From positions 3,611 through 67,610 of the forward strand of contig NZ_JBASBH010000035.1 of NCBI RefSeq assembly GCF_049651025.1: DNA of 64,000 nt, written 5' to 3'. The translations under genes were made by a program, and so were the position numbers. Every line of letters begins with the position of its first letter. Position 1 is the stretch's first letter. Below are positions 36,590 to 44,166 of this stretch, in pieces. This DNA comes from Parvibaculum sp. Lineage in GTDB: Bacteria; Pseudomonadota; Alphaproteobacteria; Parvibaculales; Parvibaculaceae. The notes beneath the pieces are model-generated. The model was not told the DNA's origin, did not search any database, and saw nothing but the letters and a program-made list of their open reading frames with translations.

Positions 36590-36616
36590 TCGCACCCATA
36601 TATTGACTTTAGTCAA

Positions 36617-36636
36617 TTATGATGGAACTCATTTAT
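36617..36636. promoter_or_regulatory. Candidate operator, copy 2 of the shared 20-bp motif, preceded by a perfect palindrome
   Basis: ttatgatggaactcatttat lies 50-69 nt upstream of the aldolase ATG. It is immediately preceded by ATTGACT-TT-AGTCAAT (36602-36617). Confidence 0.45.
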
Positions 36637-36685
36637 ATAGTTGCGCCATGCGAATTCGCACGGGCGCCCAACATGAGAGCAGATC

Positions 36686-37465
36686 ATGTCTTCATCATTG
36701 AAAGCCCGCTGGAAGGCGGGAGAAGTGACGCTCGGCGCCTGGTGCATGATTCCGAATGCACTAACGGCTGAAGCGCTGGCACATGGCGGGTTCGACTGGG
36801 TACTGATCGATATGCAGCATGGCTGCATGGATTATCAGACGGCCCTCGACATGATCCGCGCCATCGATCTTACGTCGGCCATTCCCATCGTGCGCGTGCC
36901 CTGGAACGATCCCGGAATCATCGGCCGCGTTCTCGATGCGGGCGCTCTGGGCGTCGTGATCCCAATGATCCAGACGGTGGAAGATGCGCGCCGCGCAGTT
37001 GAGGCCTGTCTTTATCCGCCGGCAGGCCGCCGCAGTTTTGGCCCTGTGCGCGTCGGCATGCGCGACGGGCCCGGATATTTTGCCGAAGCAAACTCGCGCG
37101 TCGCCGTCATTCCCATGATTGAAACGCTGGAAGCGCTCGCGGCGGTCGAGGATATCGCGGCTGTACCCGGCGTCGACGCTCTCTTTGTCGGCCCGTTCGA
37201 CCTGTCCGTCGCGCTCGGCCTTCCACCGGGCGACAATGACGGCAAGCCCGCCTTCGATGCGGCGATCCGCAAGATTTCGAATGCCGCCAAAGGAGCCGGT
37301 GTGGCGACGGCCGTTCTTTCCAACGCCAAGGTCGCACCGCTCCGCATCGAGCAGGGCTTTCAGATGATTTCCGTCACCACCGATATTTCCGCTCTCACCA
37401 TGGCCACGCGTGCGGACCTTCTGACGGTTCAGGCAAGCACGAAGGGAAACGCACATGCTCGATAA
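36686..37465 (+). CDS. hpaI: HpcH/HpaI-family class II aldolase (2,4-dihydroxyhept-2-ene-1,7-dioate aldolase-like)
   Basis: 259 aa. [30 protein letters not shown] ... IVRVPWNDP ... MIETLEAL ... [11 protein letters not shown]: typical HpaI/HpcH family layout. Confidence 0.85.
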   Translation: MSSSLKARWKAGEVTLGAWCMIPNALTAEALAHGGFDWVLIDMQHGCMDYQTALDMIRAIDLTSAIPIVRVPWNDPGIIGRVLDAGALGVVIPMIQTVEDARRAVEACLYPPAGRRSFGPVRVGMRDGPGYFAEANSRVAVIPMIETLEALAAVEDIAAVPGVDALFVGPFDLSVALGLPPGDNDGKPAFDAAIRKISNAAKGAGVATAVLSNAKVAPLRIEQGFQMISVTTDISALTMATRADLLTVQASTKGNAHAR

Positions 37466-38246
37466 AGCGACACGGACAAAAATCGTTACCGATCTTTGCG
37501 GGGTCTATGAGACACGAAAGCCCATACGCCTCCTCACCAAGACCTATCCCGAAATCGAGATCGAGGATGCCTATCGCATTCAGGAAGAATTCGTCGCGCG
37601 CCATGTGAGCAAGGGGGCGCGCATCAAGGGATACAAGGTCGGCCTCACCTCGAAGCCCATGCAGGAAATGGCAGGCTCGACGGAGCCCGATTTCAGCGCC
37701 ATGACCGACGATTTCTTTCTGCCGGAAGACACGCCCCTGCCCGCTGCACGCTTCTTCGCCCCCATGATCGAAATCGAGATCGCCTTCGTCATGAAGCACG
37801 CGTTGAGGGGACCCGGCATTCTACCTGTCGACGTGCTTCGGGCGACGGACTTTGTTCTGCCCGCAATCGAGATCGTCGACTTCCGGCTCGCACGGGAGCC
37901 CGGCATGAATATCATCGACACGGTTGCGGATCTTGCTGCCTGCGGCGCAGTCGTTCTCGGCGCCAATCCCCGGCGGCTCGATGCAATCGACATTCGGCGC
38001 GTGAAGGGCTCGATCATCCGCAATGGCAAGATCGAGCAGGAAGGCGAAGCCTCGGCCGTGCTGGGCAATCCGGTGACCTCGGTCGCCTGGCTCGCGAACA
38101 AGCTCGGCGAATTCGGTGTCACCTTCGAGCCGGGCCACGTCATCCTGACCGGATCCTTCGTTCGCGCCATGCCCGTCAATGCGGGCGACGACATCGTGTG
38201 TCGCTTCGATCAGGGGTTTGGTGATGTCGCAACAAGTTTCATCTGA
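37455..38246 (+). CDS. hpaH: 2-oxohept-3-enedioate / 2-keto-4-pentenoate hydratase family (HpaH/MhpD-like)
   Basis: 263 aa. [32 protein letters not shown] ... [11 protein letters not shown] ... VILTGSF. Its start overlaps the aldolase stop. Confidence 0.85.
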   Translation: MLDKATRTKIVTDLCGVYETRKPIRLLTKTYPEIEIEDAYRIQEEFVARHVSKGARIKGYKVGLTSKPMQEMAGSTEPDFSAMTDDFFLPEDTPLPAARFFAPMIEIEIAFVMKHALRGPGILPVDVLRATDFVLPAIEIVDFRLAREPGMNIIDTVADLAACGAVVLGANPRRLDAIDIRRVKGSIIRNGKIEQEGEASAVLGNPVTSVAWLANKLGEFGVTFEPGHVILTGSFVRAMPVNAGDDIVCRFDQGFGDVATSFI

Positions 38247-38337
38247 CCGGAGAGGCCAGAAGGCGATATAGTAACCTTCGTTCCCTTGGCGGTTCCCGTT
38301 TGCCAAGGCCTCATCGAAAAACACGAGAAAAAGCGAC

Positions 38338-38742
38338 ATGCCGATAATCAGAGGTTACAAGCAGCTAATGGCGGAGGCGCGGGAGAAAATCCGTACACTG
38401 ACGCTTGCGGAGGCCGAGGCGCTGCTTGATGCCCCTAACGTCGTCTTCGTCGATATTCGCGACGTCCGCGAGTTGGAGCGCGAAGGCATCATTCCGGGGG
38501 CCTTCCATGCTCCGCGGGGAATGCTGGAATTCTGGGTTGATCCGGAAAGTCCTTACTACAAGGATATTTTCGGCTCAGGAAAGGAATTCGTTCTCTACTG
38601 CCAGTCAGCCTGGCGCTCTAGTCTCGCGACAGCCGCTTTGCAGGATATGGGACTGACGAATGTCTGCCATATCGAGGGCGGCTTCGGGGCATGGAAAGAA
38701 GCCGGGCTGCCCATCGGGGAAAAGCCGCAGCACAAGCGCTGA
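38338..38742 (+). CDS. Single-domain rhodanese-like sulfurtransferase
   Basis: 134 aa. VFVDIRDVRELEREGIIPGAFHAPRG and an active-site loop CQSAWRS. Confidence 0.85.
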   Translation: MPIIRGYKQLMAEAREKIRTLTLAEAEALLDAPNVVFVDIRDVRELEREGIIPGAFHAPRGMLEFWVDPESPYYKDIFGSGKEFVLYCQSAWRSSLATAALQDMGLTNVCHIEGGFGAWKEAGLPIGEKPQHKR

Positions 38743-38875
38743 GCTGCCCCTTCTCGGGAAACGGAGAGCGCCACGCCAGCGGTGCACAATAGAGAAAGAC
38801 ATTCGATTGGCGGCAGGCCCAAAAAATCTGCAGAATCCGCTTGTCGAGCTTGAACGGCTGGAATCGCTCGACAGC

Positions 38876-39922
38876 ATGGAAGGCATCGTCCATGTCGAGC
38901 AATCGCAACCTTCGCGCCTCTATCGATACGTTCCGAGCGGCGCGCTGCTTCACGCTGTCTATCCGGGCGTGCTCGCCGCGCTGACAATTGCGCTCGCCTC
39001 TTCATGGCTCTCACAGCATTACGGCGCGCCGGTCATGCTGTTCGCGCTGCTGTTCGGCATGGCTTTTCATTTCCTGCATGAAGAAGGGCGCTGCGTTGCC
39101 GGGATCGAGTTTTCGTCACGCACCGTGTTGCGTGTCGGCGTCGCGCTTCTCGGCGCTCGCATCACGGCTGCACAGATAGAAAGTCTTGGCATCGTCCCGG
39201 TCGCAACGGTCGTGGTCGGCGTTGCCACAACAATCCTCGTGGGCATATTGCTCTCCAAACGCCTCGGGCTGGGTGGAACCTTTGGCCTCCTGTCCGGCGG
39301 CGCCGTCGCGATATGCGGCGCGTCGGCCGCGCTTGCCATTGCGTCGGTATTGCCACATCACAAGGAGAGCGAACGGGACACCATCCTCACCGTCGTCGCG
39401 GTGACCGCTCTCTCCACGCTTGCGATGATCCTCTACCCGGTCTTCGTCACAGCGCTGAAGCTCGATCATGCCCATGCCGGGATTTTTCTGGGCGGCACAA
39501 TCCACGACGTCGCCCAGGTCGTCGGCGCAGGTTTCATGATCTCGCCCGAGACCGGCGACGTTGCGACCTATGTGAAGCTCCTGCGCGTGTCCATGTTGCT
39601 CCCGGTCGTCTTCATCATCGCGCTTGTCGTCGCCAGAAACGCCAGCACCGCCGCATCCAGAAAAGCTCCTTTGCTGCCTCCGTTTCTGCTCGGCTTCGCC
39701 GCGCTGGTCGCATTGAACAGCTTTGGTCTCCTGCCAAAGCAATCCATCGAGGGTGCCACAGATGTCTCGCGCTGGTGTCTGATAACGGCCATTGCCGCGC
39801 TTGGCATGAAGACGTCATTCAAGGATCTCGTAACCGTCGGCTGGCGGCCAATCGGCCTGATGCTGGCGGAAACCGCGTGGATCGCCATCCTCGTCCTCGT
39901 CTCGGTCGAATTCTTCGCCTGA
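38876..39922 (+). CDS. YeiH/UPF0324-family membrane protein (putative sulfate/anion exporter family)
   Basis: About 349 aa from the ATG at 38876. Polytopic membrane protein whose size and sequence pattern are typical of YeiH. The upstream part of the track ORF (38660-38875) overlaps the rhodanese gene and was trimmed. Confidence 0.75.
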   Translation: MEGIVHVEQSQPSRLYRYVPSGALLHAVYPGVLAALTIALASSWLSQHYGAPVMLFALLFGMAFHFLHEEGRCVAGIEFSSRTVLRVGVALLGARITAAQIESLGIVPVATVVVGVATTILVGILLSKRLGLGGTFGLLSGGAVAICGASAALAIASVLPHHKESERDTILTVVAVTALSTLAMILYPVFVTALKLDHAHAGIFLGGTIHDVAQVVGAGFMISPETGDVATYVKLLRVSMLLPVVFIIALVVARNASTAASRKAPLLPPFLLGFAALVALNSFGLLPKQSIEGATDVSRWCLITAIAALGMKTSFKDLVTVGWRPIGLMLAETAWIAILVLVSVEFFA

Positions 39923-40308
39923 CGCCTCGAAGCTTCGGCGGAAACGATTGGACGGCGCGGGCGTAGAAGAACCTCCAGGCTGAGCCTCGCGATTCAAATC
40001 TCTGCCATTTTCGTGCGCTCGAATCCATCATTGCGCAAAAACCATTCAGAGTTCGGCGATGCGACTGCGGCTTATAGCTCGCTTTGAATCGATCTATTCT
40101 ACCGCACAAGTGAAATTCCACTGATCAACATGATGGTCGCAATAATGATCCGCAGGGACAGGAGAACTGCGTAGAGAAAGTTAGCCGCAGTTTCCGTAGT
40201 CGGATCAATAGCGACCCATCCAGATAGGGAATTAGGCTTGAGGATCGGGGCGTCTCTTATACCCAGAACCCACCTTGCTAGTCCGGACGATATCGAGTGG
40301 CTTCAGGA

Positions 40309-40743
40309 CTAAAGCCAGGCGACCGCGCCGAGCAGCATGCTGATATGGCCGTCGCCCCATAGCGGAAGCAGGAGGCGGCTATAGTCGCTCGTTCTGTAAT
40401 AGGTCGGCGCATGGCCTTCGACTGTCGCGCTGGCTTGCGACTGGAAAAAGTGGAGCGGGTCATGCGTGTCGATCTCATCGGCAAAGCTGCCCGCAAGCGC
40501 CTTGCCATAGCGCGCGGAAACGTCCCGGCCGACGATGTCGAAGCGAAAGCGTTCGGGCCTGGTGAATGCGGCAACGAGCATCAACCTGCCCTCCAGCCCG
40601 GGCAGGTCGGTCAGCTTCACATCGTCCCAATAGGGCATATCGCTTGCCTGACCACGTATCAGGCCCTTCCAGTAGGCGTGCACCTTGGCGAGATCGTCTT
40701 CGAGATGCGGAGGCAGGATGTAGGCGGAGGCGGCGTTGGTCAT
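40309..40743 (-). CDS. Small stand-alone PAS_5 (PF07310-type) domain protein
   Basis: 144 aa. LAKVHAYWKGLIRGQASDMPYWDDVKLTDLP ... RFRFDIVGRDVSARYGKALAGSF ... YSRLLLPLWGDGHISMLLGAV: a pattern typical of the alphaproteobacterial PAS_5 family. Its ATG overlaps the GH2 stop (ATGA). Confidence 0.75.
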   Translation of the reverse strand: MTNAASAYILPPHLEDDLAKVHAYWKGLIRGQASDMPYWDDVKLTDLPGLEGRLMLVAAFTRPERFRFDIVGRDVSARYGKALAGSFADEIDTHDPLHFFQSQASATVEGHAPTYYRTSDYSRLLLPLWGDGHISMLLGAVAWL

Positions 40744-42791
40744 TTTGGCTTCCTGCTTGCGGGTGATGTGTCGAGCCGTTTTCCGAATTGCTTCGACCCG
40801 TTCTCGGTAAAAGAATCTTCAGTCCATGATTGAAGCGGCGCGTCGCCGAGCGCGCGATAGATGCGTTGCAGATATGCGAAAGCTTTTTTCCTTGCGCCCG
40901 TTTCATCCACGAGACCCTTGCGATTGTAATAGTCCTGATAGGCGGGATGCGTGCGCAGCGGCGAGCGGAAATCCTTGAGCACCCAGGGCGAAAGGCCGCG
41001 AAGCCTGTGGCTCTTCGCCAACATGGCGAGCTGGAGTTCATAGAGCCTGAGCTGGTAGGACTCCGACATCATCGTCTGGTCGTCGCCTTCGAAACCCGCT
41101 TTCGCGTCGGCACCGAATTCCGTAACGATGAGCGGCTTGTCGGCGACAGGGTCGAAGGTCAGTTCCTGCATCAGGACGAGGAACATGCGCGCCATTTCCG
41201 CCTCATCCATCGGTACAGTGCGCGCCCATTGCGCCGCATAGTACCAGCCGAAATATTCGTTCCAGGCAATGACATCCAGATATTCCGCCAATGGATCGTC
41301 GATCGCGAGCGCAGGCGCACGAGCGAGCGTCTGGAGAATTGCAGGATTGCTCGCGTCGACGCCGTCTGCGGCGAAAGCGCTGCGGATGGGCGCCTTGGTC
41401 CGTTCATCGACGGACGGGTCCAGCAGGAGCCGCGCACGGATTGTTGCGACGACAGGTTTGCGCACATCCTTGTCGCGGCCATAGATCGCCGCGGAGACGA
41501 GGCGAGTGCCGTCGAGAGCGCGCACGTCATCAATAAGATTCTTGAGGAATTCGAGGCGCGAAGCGGTTGGCGGCGTTTCATTGGCGACCGACCAGATGAT
41601 GACGCTGGTACGATTTCTGTCGCGCTCGACCATCGTCCGCACTTGCGCCTTTGCATTTTCGAGCGTCGCCGGATTGTCCCAGGAGATCTGCCAATAGACG
41701 GGCGATTCCGACCAGACCAGAAGGCCTAGTTCGTCGGCAAGCCGCGTCACATATTCATTGTGTGGATAGTGCGCGAGCCGCACGAAATTGCAGCCGAGTT
41801 CCACGGCGAGCGAAAGAAGTGCGCGGGCGTCCTCCGGTCCGAAGGCGCTGCCGTCATGGCGCGGGCTTTCTTCATGCGCAGAGATTCCTTTGAGGAAAAC
41901 AGGCGCGCCGTTCAGCAGAATATCGGCCCCGCGCCGCTCGACCATGCGAAAGCCGATGCGGTCGCGGATCGTCTCGCCGTTGAAATTCAATTCAACATCG
42001 TAAAGCTGCGGGTGCGCTGAAGACCACAGGCTTGCCCTGGTGTCGAAGACCGTTTCGGCAAGGCCCTCTGCATCGACGGTTGCGCGCGCCGTTTCTCCGA
42101 GCGCTGGCAGAACGACTTCGATTTCGCGTCCGGTCGTCGCGCCTTCGACATGAAATGTCGCACGGATGCGGCGCGTGGCGAGATCGTCGAGCCTGATCCA
42201 GTAATCGCGGATATAGGGATCGGGGAGCGAGAGAAGCAGAACCTCGCGCTTGATGCCGCCATAGTTCCACCAATCGGTGAGAAGCGTCGGCACGGTTTCC
42301 GCATCGACCCGCGCATCCACCTTGACGATCAGAAAATTGTTTCCGTTCTTCAATGTCTCTGTCACGTCGAAGGCAAAGGGCGTGTAGCCGCCTTCATGCG
42401 TTCCGATGCGCGTGCCGTTGAGCCAGATTTCGGCCCGATAATTGACTGCGCCGAAGTGAAGAAGGTAGCGGCGTCCCGGCTCCCACGCGGCTGCAAAGTC
42501 TCTGCGATACCAGACAGTCGATTCATAAAAGAACAGACGCGCATCCTGCGTGTTCCAGTCGCGGCCTGTCTGGAGCGTGTGCCGGTCGTCGAATGCGAAT
42601 TCGATGAGCTCAAGCCCCTGCGCGCTCTCGCGGCCCTCGGTGAGACCATCAATATTGCGGCCCGGCAACGGCGGATGAAGCCCCGGGCTGCGCGGATCGA
42701 CAATGATGCGCCATGCACCGCCAAGATCGAGATGTGCACGCCCGAAGGGGTTCTGGATCAGAGACGCATCATGAGCTTGTATGGCGGTCAT
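40740..42791 (-). CDS. Glycoside hydrolase family 2 (beta-glucuronidase/beta-galactosidase-like), no signal peptide
   Basis: 683 aa. Sugar-binding domain (VWYRRDF, NGTRIGTHEGGYTPFAFDVT). TIM barrel with acid/base WSVANE and nucleophile region IVTEFGADA. An insertion of about 50 aa lies between them. Confidence 0.85.
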   Translation of the reverse strand: MTAIQAHDASLIQNPFGRAHLDLGGAWRIIVDPRSPGLHPPLPGRNIDGLTEGRESAQGLELIEFAFDDRHTLQTGRDWNTQDARLFFYESTVWYRRDFAAAWEPGRRYLLHFGAVNYRAEIWLNGTRIGTHEGGYTPFAFDVTETLKNGNNFLIVKVDARVDAETVPTLLTDWWNYGGIKREVLLLSLPDPYIRDYWIRLDDLATRRIRATFHVEGATTGREIEVVLPALGETARATVDAEGLAETVFDTRASLWSSAHPQLYDVELNFNGETIRDRIGFRMVERRGADILLNGAPVFLKGISAHEESPRHDGSAFGPEDARALLSLAVELGCNFVRLAHYPHNEYVTRLADELGLLVWSESPVYWQISWDNPATLENAKAQVRTMVERDRNRTSVIIWSVANETPPTASRLEFLKNLIDDVRALDGTRLVSAAIYGRDKDVRKPVVATIRARLLLDPSVDERTKAPIRSAFAADGVDASNPAILQTLARAPALAIDDPLAEYLDVIAWNEYFGWYYAAQWARTVPMDEAEMARMFLVLMQELTFDPVADKPLIVTEFGADAKAGFEGDDQTMMSESYQLRLYELQLAMLAKSHRLRGLSPWVLKDFRSPLRTHPAYQDYYNRKGLVDETGARKKAFAYLQRIYRALGDAPLQSWTEDSFTENGSKQFGKRLDTSPASRKPK

Positions 42792-42795
42792 GCGG

Positions 42796-44166
42796 TCAGC
42801 TCACTCTGCGGATGAGGTCCGCATACCAGCGGGCCGACGACTTCGGCGTGCGCTTCAGCGTCTTGAAGTCCACATAGACGAGGCCGAAGCGGTTGGAGAA
42901 GCCTGCGCCCCATTCGAAATTGTCGAGAAGTGACCAGACGAAATAGCCGCGCACATCGGCGCCCGCCTTGACCGCCTCGCCAAGTGCGTGGGTATAGGCG
43001 CGGAGATAGTCGACGCGTTTCTCGTCGAGAATTTCGCCTGCCGCGTTCGGCGCGTCATTATCGCCGCAACCATTCTCCGTCACATAGATGGGAAGTTTGT
43101 AACGCTTTGCCGTGTCGATCAGGATTTCGCGGAAGGCATCGGGATGGATCGGCCAGCCGATGCCGGTATGGGCGGCACTGTCCGGCGACTTGCCCCAGCC
43201 GAAGCCGAGCTGCGCGCCCGCATCGGCGCGCGCATAGATCGGCGAATAATGATTGAGGCCGAACCAGTCGGTCTTGCGGCAGATCTGCGCCATGTCGCCG
43301 GCTTTCTGATAGGGCTCCATGTCGAGCGCGGCGAGCGGCGGATAGGCGGCAAAATTCTGCGGATCGGGGAAAATCAGATTCCAGTGCGTGTCGAGAAGCG
43401 CCGCCGCTTGCGCGTCCTCCGCACTGTCGCTTTCGGGATAGACCTGCTGGCGGTTATGCACGATGCCGATGGAAGCATCGGGGACAAGCGAACGGATCAC
43501 ATCGACGGCGCGGCCATGCGCAAGGTTCAGATGATGGACCGCCTTGAAGTAGGATGCCCTCTCCACGATGCCCGGCGCATTCCAGCCCATGGCATAGCCG
43601 AACATGGTTGAGACGGATGGCTCGTTAAAGGTGGCGAAGCGCTTCACACAGTCGCCGTAGCGGCGCGAGATGAGCGCCGCATAGTCGGCGAACCATCCGG
43701 CTATATCGCGGCTCGTCCAGCCGCCGAGATCGTCCAGCGCTTGCGGCAGATCCCAATGATAGAGGCAGAGCCACGGTTCGATCCCTGCTTCGAGCACGCT
43801 GTCGATCAGACGGTCGTAGAAATCGAGGCCCTTTTCATTGGTAACGCCGCGTCCGAGCGGAAGCACACGCGGCCAGGCAATCGAAAACCGATAGGCTTTC
43901 AAACCGAGATCGCGCATCAATGCAACGTCTTCGGCATAGCGGTGATAATGGTCGCAAGCGACATCGCCCGTGTCGTCATGGGCAATGCGGCCATTCTGGC
44001 GGCAATAGGTGTCCCATATGCTTGCGCCGCGCCCGTCCTCCTTCGCCGCGCCTTCGATCTGATAGCTCGATGTCGACGCACCCCAGAGAAATCCCTTCGG
44101 AAGCACGTTCTTCTGCAACTCGACGGTTGCGGCCTTGGCGTCGGTGACGATGGGGGATTGTGTCAT
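42796..44166 (-). CDS. Glycoside hydrolase family 1 beta-glucosidase, no signal peptide
   Basis: 456 aa. FLWGASTSSYQIEGA, acid/base TFNEP and nucleophile YVTENG motifs. Confidence 0.92.
   Translation of the reverse strand: MTQSPIVTDAKAATVELQKNVLPKGFLWGASTSSYQIEGAAKEDGRGASIWDTYCRQNGRIAHDDTGDVACDHYHRYAEDVALMRDLGLKAYRFSIAWPRVLPLGRGVTNEKGLDFYDRLIDSVLEAGIEPWLCLYHWDLPQALDDLGGWTSRDIAGWFADYAALISRRYGDCVKRFATFNEPSVSTMFGYAMGWNAPGIVERASYFKAVHHLNLAHGRAVDVIRSLVPDASIGIVHNRQQVYPESDSAEDAQAAALLDTHWNLIFPDPQNFAAYPPLAALDMEPYQKAGDMAQICRKTDWFGLNHYSPIYARADAGAQLGFGWGKSPDSAAHTGIGWPIHPDAFREILIDTAKRYKLPIYVTENGCGDNDAPNAAGEILDEKRVDYLRAYTHALGEAVKAGADVRGYFVWSLLDNFEWGAGFSNRFGLVYVDFKTLKRTPKSSARWYADLIRRVS

Noticed and set aside
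39923-40308. AT-richer 386-bp gap containing a minus-strand hydrophobic reading frame (...NFLYAVLLSLRIIIATIMLISGISLVR, stop at 40099-40101) and the 100-aa ORF 39819-40121
   Set aside because: The hydrophobic frame has no ATG/GTG/TTG start within reach. The 100-aa ORF has implausible composition and overlaps the YeiH 3' end. The region may hold a decayed gene fragment, but that cannot be supported.
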